Shown in pieces: positions 10,062 to 19,404 of a DNA stretch of 64,000 bases. This DNA is from Candidatus Thalassarchaeum betae (GTDB lineage: Archaea; Thermoplasmatota; Poseidoniia; Poseidoniales; Thalassarchaeaceae), in NCBI GenBank assembly GCA_003193925.1, contig PSPG01000004.1, positions 96,001-160,000 of the forward strand, read 5' to 3'. Position numbers and translations under genes: made by a program. Position 1 is the stretch's first letter; each line of letters begins with the position of its first letter. Under the pieces are notes generated by a model that saw nothing but the letters and a program-made list of their open reading frames with translations, made no database searches and was not told the DNA's origin.

Positions 10062-11408
10062 TCACCTATCACTTCCAATGAGTGCTTCTATTTCATCAAT
10101 TGTCTTCGGACAATCCGAGGTCAGCACTACTGGACCGCCCTCGGTGATGAGTACGTCATCCTCTATACGCACCCCTATTCCGGAGTACCTCTCGGGAATC
10201 TCGACGTCCGTCCTCCAACTGCCGAAGTATAATCCCGGCTCGACGGTTAGGACCATGCCGGGCCCGAGGTCGCGCCCGGGCCCATCATCGCCTTGTCGGC
10301 CACCTCCGACATCGTGGACATCAAGTCCCAGCAAGTGCCCCGTACCGTGCATGAAGTAGTTCCTGTAGGGTCCGTCGAAGTCCTCCCCCAGAGCATCCTC
10401 TAGTGAGTAGTCTAGGATGCCGAGGTCAATCAATCCCTGAGCGAGTACGTTAGAAGTCGCATGGTGCATCGCGCTCCACGGTGAGCCTGCTTGGCATGCC
10501 TCAATTCCAGCCATTTGCGCCCTGAGGACGAGTTCGTAAATCTCTCGCTGTGCATCACTGAACCGCCCGTTCACCGGCCAGGTTCTCGTAATGTCGGATG
10601 CATATCCCTCGACCTCTGATCCGGCATCGACAAGGACGAGATCGCCGCCGGCGATAACAGCATTATTGGCATTGTAGTGGAGGATTGTGGCGTTATCACC
10701 GCCGCCAACTATTGTTGGGTAACTCCAACGGCTCTTGCTCGCGGTGAAATGTCTCTCGATGACGGCTTGTACCTGCCACTCTCCAATATCAGCATAAGCC
10801 GCTCGCATCGTCGCAACATGGGCCGCAGAGGCGATGTCTGCCGACTCCTGCATCAACTGGATCTCTCGATCGGACTTGCGTACCCGCATCTCATCGAGTA
10901 TCGAGGATGGGTCAGAAAGGCTCGTCGGGCCGATGTACTTGGTGTTGCTGTCACGCGACTTGGAGTTCACTGCGCTGTTCACCATCTCATCCAATATCGG
11001 ATTGAGGCCTGGGATTAGGTGAATCTGCTTGCAAGCCTCGAAGTGCTCTGCTACCGTTTTCTCCAGATCTTCCAGAGAATGAGCCTCATCGATGGGCCAC
11101 CCGGAGGCAGCGCCCTCTGTGCCAACCCTTCGACCCTCCCATATCTCGGTCTTGGTGTCTCGAGGTTGGACGAATAGCGAGGTCGTCCACGCGCCTGAGT
11201 CGTAATGAGACATCAGAACGGCTCCGGGCTCATTCCACCCACACAGATAGAGCATGTACGAACTGGCACGAAACGGGTAATGGACGTCATTGGAGCGATT
11301 CGCGTGGGGATTGGTGGGAATCAGCACCAAGCTGTCGGACGGAATCTGCCCTAGGAATTCAGACTGGCGCCCGCGATACTCGGCCTCGGAGAATGCAAGC
11401 TCAGCCAT
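10062..11408 (-). CDS. pepP: Xaa-Pro aminopeptidase (aminopeptidase P, M24B)
   Basis: 'NATILHY', 'DAGSE..GYASDITRT', 'HGTGHLLGLDVHD', 'TVEPG', 'GVRIEDD'. Confidence 0.94.
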   Translation of the reverse strand: MAELAFSEAEYRGRQSEFLGQIPSDSLVLIPTNPHANRSNDVHYPFRASSYMLYLCGWNEPGAVLMSHYDSGAWTTSLFVQPRDTKTEIWEGRRVGTEGAASGWPIDEAHSLEDLEKTVAEHFEACKQIHLIPGLNPILDEMVNSAVNSKSRDSNTKYIGPTSLSDPSSILDEMRVRKSDREIQLMQESADIASAAHVATMRAAYADIGEWQVQAVIERHFTASKSRWSYPTIVGGGDNATILHYNANNAVIAGGDLVLVDAGSEVEGYASDITRTWPVNGRFSDAQREIYELVLRAQMAGIEACQAGSPWSAMHHATSNVLAQGLIDLGILDYSLEDALGEDFDGPYRNYFMHGTGHLLGLDVHDVGGGRQGDDGPGRDLGPGMVLTVEPGLYFGSWRTDVEIPERYSGIGVRIEDDVLITEGGPVVLTSDCPKTIDEIEALIGSDR

Positions 11409-11467
11409 ACGTCTCGCCGGGCTGTCGACTAGAGGCCCGTTCTTAGGGGTGTGGGAAGTCGAAGACG

Positions 11468-12934
11468 TCAGTTTTCGTTGCCGGACTTCCATTTCGGAAT
11501 GGACGCGGAATCGTCCGAAGAACGGTACCTCAGCAATATGGCCGAGACCATGAAGATGGCTGAAATCGCAAGGGCGATTAGCGGGTAGGGCAGGGGCTCG
11601 CTCACGTCGGGGTTGACCAATTGTACAGAGACGGTGCCGTACTCATCATCATCGTCGATGACGTCCAAAGTGAGAATTAGTTCGTCTCCGGCGCCCGAAG
11701 GCCAGGAAAGAGTTCTCTGGCAGCCCTCATACATTGGAGCGTAATCAATCTTCCAAACGCACCTCAACCCGGCTTGATCGTTAGCTGAGTCGACCGAGGC
11801 GGAAGCGTCCAAAGCCCATTCGCCGCCTGGGCTCAACTTGATGCTGTCACCATCTGAGACAGGACTGCCATCCACATACATCTTGGCCGTGGGTATGACG
11901 TTCTCCACAGTGAATGTCTTGACTGATGTGCTTGAAACCCCACCGGCGTCCATCACGCGCAGAGTCAGAGTGTATTCGCCGGAGGTCTCGCTGCCCATAG
12001 AGTAAGTGCCGAGGCCGTCCCCCATGACGATGTCGAGCGGTGTCGAACCAGTGTGTGAGGGCCTTCTCAGCACCCACATGTAATGCATGTCCTCCCTGCC
12101 CCATACCGGGTCGTTGGAGGCACTGCCGTCGAACAACAGATCGCCACTGCCCTCCAGCACGCTGTCTGGCCCCGCCAGTGTGATTGCCGGAGCAAGATTG
12201 TTGACCCGGATGGGCACGCAGGTCTGAGCGAAGGTAACCCCGGAGGGATCGTAGTTCTCGGCGTAGAAGGAGTGCCATCCATCATAGAGCCCCGAAATGT
12301 CGATCCTGTTCGAGAAAGAGCCATCTGGAATAATCACCAATAGATGTGAACTGAAATCGGAATCGGCCTCGATCATGCACACATCTGCCGCGTTGGAAGC
12401 CGACTTCGCGAAGAATCGGAGCTCCGGAGAAGTCCATACCATAGGGTGCGAACTCCAGCCTGAAGCGGTGAGTGAGTTGGAAACCCAATCCCCCGAGGCC
12501 GGAGAGTGGAGCATGATTGCTGACTTAGCCGTATCTCCGAGGAACAAAACTTGTCGGGCCTGCGATGTCTCCCCGGAAGCGGACTCCACTGTGACTGTGA
12601 GGTAGCAGGTGCATGGGGAGTACTCTGCCACATCGAGTTCCAGCGACCAGATCCAGATGGGCCTTGAACCCGATGAGTCGGCTTCCTCCAAAGTCGTCGA
12701 CAGATCCCCGCTGCCGAGCTCTGCCTCCTCGCCAATGCTCCATGTCACGTGAGGGGGCCTCTCTTCGTCCTCGACGAAACCTGTGATTACAGTAGTTTCG
12801 TTCGTGGTGAAGCCATTCTCGAAATCGAATCCGATGAGAGGAACATCGTCGGAATCCTCCGCGCTGACAGGGGTAAGAGTGGGGGACCACGCCGCTATAA
12901 GCAGCAAGACGACGAACAACCTAGGGGACTTCAC
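11468..12934 (-). CDS. Secreted PKD/Ig-like domain protein with C-terminal membrane anchor
   Basis: Signal peptide from GTG 12934 (alternative ATG 12970); PKD-like 'FDGSASNDP', 'GEYTLTLRVMD'; C-terminal TM. Confidence 0.8.
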   Translation of the reverse strand: MKSPRLFVVLLLIAAWSPTLTPVSAEDSDDVPLIGFDFENGFTTNETTVITGFVEDEERPPHVTWSIGEEAELGSGDLSTTLEEADSSGSRPIWIWSLELDVAEYSPCTCYLTVTVESASGETSQARQVLFLGDTAKSAIMLHSPASGDWVSNSLTASGWSSHPMVWTSPELRFFAKSASNAADVCMIEADSDFSSHLLVIIPDGSFSNRIDISGLYDGWHSFYAENYDPSGVTFAQTCVPIRVNNLAPAITLAGPDSVLEGSGDLLFDGSASNDPVWGREDMHYMWVLRRPSHTGSTPLDIVMGDGLGTYSMGSETSGEYTLTLRVMDAGGVSSTSVKTFTVENVIPTAKMYVDGSPVSDGDSIKLSPGGEWALDASASVDSANDQAGLRCVWKIDYAPMYEGCQRTLSWPSGAGDELILTLDVIDDDDEYGTVSVQLVNPDVSEPLPYPLIALAISAIFMVSAILLRYRSSDDSASIPKWKSGNEN

Positions 12935-12992
12935 AGCGTATGGCCGGACCAATTCCGTAATGAATCTCATGCCTAAATGATGATTGTTCCAA

Positions 12993-14051
12993 TCATCTGT
13001 CTGAAATCTGTAATTGCCACGCCAGCTCATCCAGCCAAATGCCTAGAGTGGTACGGTTGACGAACTCATGGCTGGCCTCGGCAGACAGCACGCATTCGCA
13101 GGCTGCGGCGGCCAGAGTGGCAGCATCGGCCATAGAATGTCCGTTGCCAAGCGCGGCCGCCAGAGCGGTGGCGGCTGCGTCGTGGAGGCCAATCTGCTGA
13201 AGAGGGGCGTCAGTGGAGCAAGGCAGGTGCATCGGCTCGCCATCCGCTTGGTAGAGAGTGACTCCGTGGACGCCGCCAAGCACTAGCATGGCCCCCCAGT
13301 CGTAAGTTTTGATCAGGCTCCTGGCAGCCTCTGCTTGGTCCGATGCAGTCAACCGGCGGCGAAGCAGGTCGAGTCCTCGAATCTCGAACAAGACGGCGTC
13401 GGCCCCCCTGCTCCTGTCGAGTCCGGTCAACTTGGGATCCATTATCACCGGAACGCCCGCACCGCTGGCCACCTTAATGAGAGATTGCGCACCATCTGTG
13501 GTCAGAACCCCCCTATCATAGTCGGAGAGCACGATGGCGCAGCTGTCCGATAGGGAAGACAGTGCCGAGGCCGTCAACGAAGCACTGACGCCTTCAGGTA
13601 GATCGTCACGTGGGCCACGGTCGGCCTGCAGGAGAATCTGACTCTTGTCCAGAAGGCTCTCGCGGCTCCCATAGAAGCGAATCTTGGTCAGAGTGCTCCG
13701 GCCTGGGACGATATCTATCCCAGATGTCCCTATGCCATCTGCAGACAGCTTCTCGATGATGACCCGGCCCTCCCTGTCGTCTCCGACGCAGCAGTGAAGG
13801 CTTACGGAAAGGCCGAGGGAATTGAGCCCCATCGCGATGTGCGCGGCAGCACCGGGTGTCTCCTCGGAACTCAGAATCTTGAGCACTGGGACGGGGGCTG
13901 TCGAATCCAAGTTGTTGGCAAATCCGTGATGGTACCTGTCCAGCATGACGTCACCGATCAGCGTGACCTTAGAGGAACCCATGCTCTCAAGCAGAGACCT
14001 GAGTCTCTTGAGAGCCTCAGCGCGCTCATGAACGTCGCCTTCGTCGGTCAT
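12993..14051 (-). CDS. RfaE/HldE domain-I-like PfkB-family kinase (divergent)
   Basis: 'IGDVMLDRY', 'APVPV', 'GAAA.IA', 'LSDYDRGVL', 'DPK'; the PfkB signature is altered. Confidence 0.8.
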   Translation of the reverse strand: MTDEGDVHERAEALKRLRSLLESMGSSKVTLIGDVMLDRYHHGFANNLDSTAPVPVLKILSSEETPGAAAHIAMGLNSLGLSVSLHCCVGDDREGRVIIEKLSADGIGTSGIDIVPGRSTLTKIRFYGSRESLLDKSQILLQADRGPRDDLPEGVSASLTASALSSLSDSCAIVLSDYDRGVLTTDGAQSLIKVASGAGVPVIMDPKLTGLDRSRGADAVLFEIRGLDLLRRRLTASDQAEAARSLIKTYDWGAMLVLGGVHGVTLYQADGEPMHLPCSTDAPLQQIGLHDAAATALAAALGNGHSMADAATLAAAACECVLSAEASHEFVNRTTLGIWLDELAWQLQISDR

Positions 14052-14127
14052 CGTGTCTGCGTGGCAGGCTCGACGGATGATGTTTACGAGACCGGCGAAC
14101 TCAAAGCAGGAACCTTCTCGTCGGGGT

Positions 14128-15153
14128 GTGGTTCAGCACGACGAAGGCTGGTTCTACCAAGGTCAAGCGGCCCACAGGCTGTGGAACAAGTCGGCCATCG
14201 GGAGGTTGGTTGGAAGCGAGGGGCTACTACTCAGTTCCTCCGAAGTCATCTTCTGCCACGAGCACAGACACCTCGAGTGGCCGTTCGACTCATGGCTCTC
14301 CGAGCAACTGGGTGACAGACCCCGGCTGCTCGAAGAGGCAGCGATTCTCGAGGCTCTCAGAGTCCCGGGCAACAGGATTGTTGTGCATTCAAACTTCGAA
14401 GCCATGGGATTGTCCTCAGCGGCTGCGAGTTGGGGACTGAGATGGCCTTCAGAGGAACACCCGAGTACGAGCGAAGCGACATATGAGGTAAGATGGTACC
14501 ATGCGAGTGAGGAGCTGGACATTGAGGATCTGTTTGAATGGTCGGAGCAAGTCCGAGAAGGCGGCAGGATGGCCGAGGTGCTGGTGGTGGACGACGAGCA
14601 CGCGGTGGTGACCTACAGGGTCGGCGCTGTTGAGCCTGAAGGGGAGATGGGTGCTGTTCCAGATGATGACTTCGTGACTATCAGCGAACTAGGAGAGAGT
14701 TCCGGACTAGACAATGGAGGCAGTTTCATCCACTTCGAAGGAGATTGGCCAAATGACAGGGTCGGAATCCCATATCCCAGCGGCAGGATCATGGATCAAC
14801 AGGCCTCGGAATTGGTCGAGGCCATGGCTAACGGATCTGCTGGCAGTTTATCGATTGGGGCTAGCATCCTCGGTGACCTGCTGAACAGAGGGCTGCATCC
14901 GCGTCCCGGATTCAAGTACGGGACGAGATGGAGGTGCTACGACCGCCCGATGGGCGAGGACCACGCACCTTGGCTGGTCGTCCATCCCGCTGAAGGCCCT
15001 GTCGATTGGGAGGGTGCTTGCTTGGCCTCAAGACTCGCATCTGGGGTCAACAAGACCTGGTTGCATCCCCTGTTGGTGGAATCCGAATGGAGGTACCTAT
15101 CGATTACGAGGCCACCAGCTGACTCTCGCTGGAACAACCCTCACAGAAGGTGA
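14128..15153 (+). CDS. endA: tRNA-intron endonuclease (two-unit, homodimer type)
   Basis: Catalytic unit 'GFKYGTRWRCY...HAPWLV...RLASGVNK' with Tyr/His/Lys triad; start uncertain (14077-14128). Confidence 0.85.
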   Translation: MVQHDEGWFYQGQAAHRLWNKSAIGRLVGSEGLLLSSSEVIFCHEHRHLEWPFDSWLSEQLGDRPRLLEEAAILEALRVPGNRIVVHSNFEAMGLSSAAASWGLRWPSEEHPSTSEATYEVRWYHASEELDIEDLFEWSEQVREGGRMAEVLVVDDEHAVVTYRVGAVEPEGEMGAVPDDDFVTISELGESSGLDNGGSFIHFEGDWPNDRVGIPYPSGRIMDQQASELVEAMANGSAGSLSIGASILGDLLNRGLHPRPGFKYGTRWRCYDRPMGEDHAPWLVVHPAEGPVDWEGACLASRLASGVNKTWLHPLLVESEWRYLSITRPPADSRWNNPHRR

Positions 15154-17118
15154 CTATTCGGACGGAGGCGGTTTGAGAACGTCTGTTCGTCCGCCGCCCG
15201 CTATCGAAATTGCGACAAGCACGGAAATGACCAGCAGGCCATTTGATGGCTGTGCTAGCCAAGCCAGCCAGCCATCCCCCGAGAACGGCGATTCAGCCTC
15301 GAGGAGCAACGGGATGCGCTGCTCTATGCCGCTGCTGTCTAACAAGACGAGTTCCCCGCGAGCGAGCATCCCCGGCTCGAGCAACCCTGCTGGATCTATG
15401 TCGAGAGTTATCGAGTCGCCTGCGGACAAGGTTCCTTGCGTGGCGGCCGTGGCGATTCTCTCGGCAGCTCCTTCCACAGCTATCGAGTAGGTGCGCTCAC
15501 CATCCCCCTCGTATTCAGGGGTGACTTGGACGGTGGAGGGAGAGTCCCAAGCGACGATGATCTCGAGCTGTGAGGTGGAAAGGCGATGGCCGACTCGGAA
15601 CCAATCGAGGTCTATGTCCGTCAGAGCCTCGCCCTCGCATCCTATGGTGCCTCGCAGGTTGCCATGATCGCTGGGGCCGTCCGGGCTATACAGAATCACT
15701 ATCTCGTACTCGCCTGAGGGAATCTCAATGTAATCGGGCTGAATCTGCCCTCCGCTCTGCGTCCACGATAGCGACACCTCCAATGTACATGGCTGAGAGG
15801 CTGTCACCTGAGCGTAGGATGACTCACCCGGAATGAGTTGGATGGGGTTGTGGGGAGTCAGGACATCGACGCTTGACTGCCCCGAGGGCTGGATGGCCAC
15901 AGTGGCACTGTCATCACCCAATGACTCGACTGTAGCAGTCCACTGAACCATTCTACCGCGGTTGTCCCGGATAATCATCCCACTATCTCCGAAAACTCCC
16001 CCCTCTGAGAACACGTCCCCTGGACTGCCGGTGTCCCTGCCTCTCTCGAGGGCTGCATCACCGTCGGCCTCGATGATCTTCACCCAAGCAGTGTCGGGGT
16101 CTGTGTTGACGAGGTTATCGAAGGAATTTCCGTTGTTCTCGTCCTGATGCTCGACTAGTATCCCGTGTCCCGGAAGGGCGGCATCGAACCCGGCATCCCC
16201 ACGGAAGGTGACCCACAGGGTCTCTCCGGGAGCGAGTTCGATCGATAGGGGCCGACCACCGGCAGAAATCGGTGACATCTCAAAACTGCCCCCGACGAGG
16301 GGGTCGACTGCGGTGGAACGGTGAGCGCCTATCAGTTCGAGAGTGGCCGAACCGGGCAAAGCGGGAATGTTTCCGTTGCCGTTCCAGTTGCCGCTGGCCA
16401 TTATGTCCCAGTCGCCCAGTCCGTTCCAATTGGAGGATGGCAGAACGCTGTGCACGTCGTAGAGGTCGAGCGCTCCCATCTGGTGGAGCATCTCGTGGAC
16501 CACCGTACCGATGCCCGAGTCCAAAGATGCAATGGTGTAATGGTTCACCGACCAGTCATCGAAGGACAGAGGCTCATCCAGCCAAGACATGTGGCTCCAG
16601 AGTGTATTGGCACCTCCTCCGGTCTCCTGAGCCCTTCCTGAATGGAGGATCAGCAGCCTGTCTATCGCACCGTCCCCGTTGAAGTCCCACTTGGAGAGGT
16701 CTTGGCCCTCCAGCATCGCCTTGCAGGCCTCCTCGACGAGTGCGGTAGCTCCTATGTCACGCTCGTCGGAGCTGTCCGCACCCCAATGCCCCTCTGATTG
16801 GGGCGCGGTCCACACGTCACCGTACATGGTGACCATGAGGGTAGATGCTCCGCCGCTCATCTGCTCGATGTAGCTAGTCGCTGAGCCCTCGCCTAAGAGG
16901 ATCGATTCAGCCTTGTTCTGGGAAAACGCCCTGTCAGGGAACTGGACCATGAGAACCAACCACTGCTCATCGCTCTGCAACTCAACCAGATCGAACGATT
17001 CGTCCGTCGGTTCGGCTATCTCAGCCTCTATCCAATCGTCTATCACATCCGGATTGAGATTGGCCCAGACGCCCATCATCAGCACGGCTGCTACGATGGC
17101 TGCGCGTGCCGCGTTCAT
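15154..17118 (-). CDS. M6 family (immune inhibitor A-like) secreted metalloprotease, membrane anchored
   Basis: 'HEMLH...DLYD', 'GDWDIMASGNW', Ca-loop 'DFNGDGAID'; N- and C-terminal hydrophobic segments. Confidence 0.88.
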   Translation of the reverse strand: MNAARAAIVAAVLMMGVWANLNPDVIDDWIEAEIAEPTDESFDLVELQSDEQWLVLMVQFPDRAFSQNKAESILLGEGSATSYIEQMSGGASTLMVTMYGDVWTAPQSEGHWGADSSDERDIGATALVEEACKAMLEGQDLSKWDFNGDGAIDRLLILHSGRAQETGGGANTLWSHMSWLDEPLSFDDWSVNHYTIASLDSGIGTVVHEMLHQMGALDLYDVHSVLPSSNWNGLGDWDIMASGNWNGNGNIPALPGSATLELIGAHRSTAVDPLVGGSFEMSPISAGGRPLSIELAPGETLWVTFRGDAGFDAALPGHGILVEHQDENNGNSFDNLVNTDPDTAWVKIIEADGDAALERGRDTGSPGDVFSEGGVFGDSGMIIRDNRGRMVQWTATVESLGDDSATVAIQPSGQSSVDVLTPHNPIQLIPGESSYAQVTASQPCTLEVSLSWTQSGGQIQPDYIEIPSGEYEIVILYSPDGPSDHGNLRGTIGCEGEALTDIDLDWFRVGHRLSTSQLEIIVAWDSPSTVQVTPEYEGDGERTYSIAVEGAAERIATAATQGTLSAGDSITLDIDPAGLLEPGMLARGELVLLDSSGIEQRIPLLLEAESPFSGDGWLAWLAQPSNGLLVISVLVAISIAGGGRTDVLKPPPSE

Positions 17119-17143
17119 GGACCCACGTCCATGAATCACTCTT

Positions 17144-18268
17144 TCAATCCAATGCCGACAAGATTGGCTGATGCATCAAATCGCGGATGGAAGAGGCACG
17201 CCATGCCTCGTCAGAAGATTCTGGAGCGTCCAGCCAGCCCAATCCGCCATATTCGCAGCCCATGGAATCAAGCGAGGACCTGAGAGATGGAGGGAGGGGA
17301 GTCGCGTCGCATCCTGCGATGATAACATCCGAGAGTCTCTGATGCAGGACCAAGTCGGCCAACGCATCCTGCTCCGTCGGCTCTAGACAGAGGGCCGAGC
17401 ACCTGGGCGCGGCCACGCCCTCGTGAACGGTGCCTGATGGAAATCGTGGGCAAGCACCCTCGCAACCGCAGTCGATGAAGGCGACCCTGTGCACAGAGCC
17501 ATCCGAGGCGATCATGTCCTCGACATCGAACCTCCTGCGACCGAGCGGGGCTTCTGGCAAGGTGCGGGAGATTGCGTCAGCCACCGCCATGGATATGGCG
17601 GCGACTAGCAGCCTCAGGCCCTCGTACTCGACTGGGAGAGTGAGCAGCAAGAGTCCTCCGAAGATCAGCAGTATACGCACCCTGAGCCTCGCCTCACCGT
17701 GCTCCACGAGACCCAGCAAGCGAGCCATAGACAGAGAGAGGGTGGCGAGCATGACGGTTACGAGTAGCCAGGAGAACCCCAGAGCCAGTCTGAACAGAGC
17801 GCTGGCGTCGTATCTGGCTCCAACCCCCTCCAGAGCGTCAGCAGCCTCAGTTGCCTCGATGAACAGGGGAAGCAGGTAACCCCATGTCGCTAGGATCACC
17901 GCCGGGACCATGACCATACTCAGGCAAAGCAGGACTGAGAGCCAAGTGCGCTCACGGGGAAGCAGCCCTGGACGAGCGAATCGCTGCAACTGGAAAGACA
18001 GTACCGGCATCACAGTTAGGAGGGCGAGTAAGATGGCCAAGGACCAGCGTATCTCCAACCACTCGAAGGGAGAGTACACAGACAGGTCGAGCGAGGCGGC
18101 GCCCAATGGAAGCGAGTTCAGCCACGCTCGCATCAGCGAGTCGGTGCCATACGCCCATGCGATTGCTGCGATGGCAATCAGTATGGCGGATTTGCGTATT
18201 GAGCGATGCAACTCAGACAGATGCTCGGACAAGGGCCTACGCCTGTCGGAGGATACTGCGAGTGTCAT
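17144..18268 (-). CDS. tatC: TatC-family protein fused to a C-terminal Cys-rich domain
   Basis: 'PLSEHLSEL', 'SPFE', 'FARPGLLPRER', about 6 TMs; extra C-terminal CxCxxxC...CxxxC...GC domain. Confidence 0.78.
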   Translation of the reverse strand: MTLAVSSDRRRPLSEHLSELHRSIRKSAILIAIAAIAWAYGTDSLMRAWLNSLPLGAASLDLSVYSPFEWLEIRWSLAILLALLTVMPVLSFQLQRFARPGLLPRERTWLSVLLCLSMVMVPAVILATWGYLLPLFIEATEAADALEGVGARYDASALFRLALGFSWLLVTVMLATLSLSMARLLGLVEHGEARLRVRILLIFGGLLLLTLPVEYEGLRLLVAAISMAVADAISRTLPEAPLGRRRFDVEDMIASDGSVHRVAFIDCGCEGACPRFPSGTVHEGVAAPRCSALCLEPTEQDALADLVLHQRLSDVIIAGCDATPLPPSLRSSLDSMGCEYGGLGWLDAPESSDEAWRASSIRDLMHQPILSALD

Positions 18269-18269
18269 A

Positions 18270-19325
18270 TCAGAGGATGTCCTTGACCTGTGGCTCAGCT
18301 CTGGCTGCCAACACCGTCCTGTAGACGCCGTAAGCCGCCCAGACGCTGATGAAGAAGGCACAACCGATTGCGAACCCGGTAATGTCGGAGGTCCTAGTCC
18401 CCTCCTCGACGATAGTGGCCGGAGGGAATGCTATGGAAACATCGGAGGCCATCCAGCGGACCCCGATGGCGAATGCTGCAATGCAGAGCAAGCCTCTTCG
18501 GATGGCCTGGGGATAAGCAAGTTCGTTTGCCAGGAACTCAGGACCGTCGTCGTAGCGTCGGTCGAGGATCTCCTTCTGCACCACAGCTCCGACTATCAGA
18601 GCCACAAGACTGGTCCAGTATAGCAGGTTGCCCTGCTCGAATATCCTCAGTGACAGCGCCGCTTGGCGGTCTGCCTCCTTCTGGGCGTCGGACTCCTCGA
18701 TCAAGAACAGGGTGTCGTAGTCACCTACGGAGATGGTCCTAGTTTCGAGTGTTGCCGCATCGTCACCGGAAACTATGGATCCGGGCGGGCTGACAGTGAA
18801 TGAGAGTAGGTTCCAGTAGTCGTTCTCGTCAGGCACCCCGGAGCCGTCAACTGAGTTGCCTGCCAACCAAAAGTTAACTCCGCCGACATCTTCAGCGGGC
18901 GCGGTCCAGTTCAGGAACCAGATGCCATCGGAGTCGATGCCGGACTGCGATATGTCATCAAGGGCATCATCTACCTCGCGAATGTCCTGATCATTGGCCC
19001 AAGTAAAGACCCCCATGCCCTCCGAAGAGAGAAGGAAACCTGCCTTTGTGTTGCCACTGCCGCCCGAAAGCGTCAGCGAGTCTGCAACGGTGATGGTGTA
19101 CTGATAAGTCTCGTCGAGCCCATACATCACAGGGATGCCGGTGATCATTACCACCGATCTGTCCGAAGGGGCGCCGTTGTTGTGACAGGTGCAACCATAC
19201 TTGACAGTCGGATCTCCGTTGTTGTTCTCGACAGGCGGTCCACCGGACATTGCCATGACGGGCAGGGCTAGCAATCCCAGCAGCACCAGGCAGATGGCCG
19301 CTTTATCCACAATCGACCGCATCAT
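18270..19325 (-). CDS. Reeler/choice-of-anchor V-like secreted protein with CxCH motif and C-terminal TMs
   Basis: Signal peptide, 'GCTCH', 'WTAP....VNFWLAGNSVDG'; paralogue at 62719. Confidence 0.75.
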   Translation of the reverse strand: MMRSIVDKAAICLVLLGLLALPVMAMSGGPPVENNNGDPTVKYGCTCHNNGAPSDRSVVMITGIPVMYGLDETYQYTITVADSLTLSGGSGNTKAGFLLSSEGMGVFTWANDQDIREVDDALDDISQSGIDSDGIWFLNWTAPAEDVGGVNFWLAGNSVDGSGVPDENDYWNLLSFTVSPPGSIVSGDDAATLETRTISVGDYDTLFLIEESDAQKEADRQAALSLRIFEQGNLLYWTSLVALIVGAVVQKEILDRRYDDGPEFLANELAYPQAIRRGLLCIAAFAIGVRWMASDVSIAFPPATIVEEGTRTSDITGFAIGCAFFISVWAAYGVYRTVLAARAEPQVKDIL

Positions 19326-19374
19326 GTCACCCGTACCTCTGTCAGATGCCGGAGTCTCATAACCGTTGCTCGGT

Positions 19375-19398
19375 CGCATCCCCTAGAAAGGGGATGCG
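19375..19398 (-). terminator. 9-bp GC hairpin immediately downstream of pntB
   Basis: CGCATCCCC-6nt-GGGGATGCG perfect inverted repeat 6 nt past the stop; no U-tract. Confidence 0.4.
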
Positions 19399-19404
19399 GC
19401 ATCC

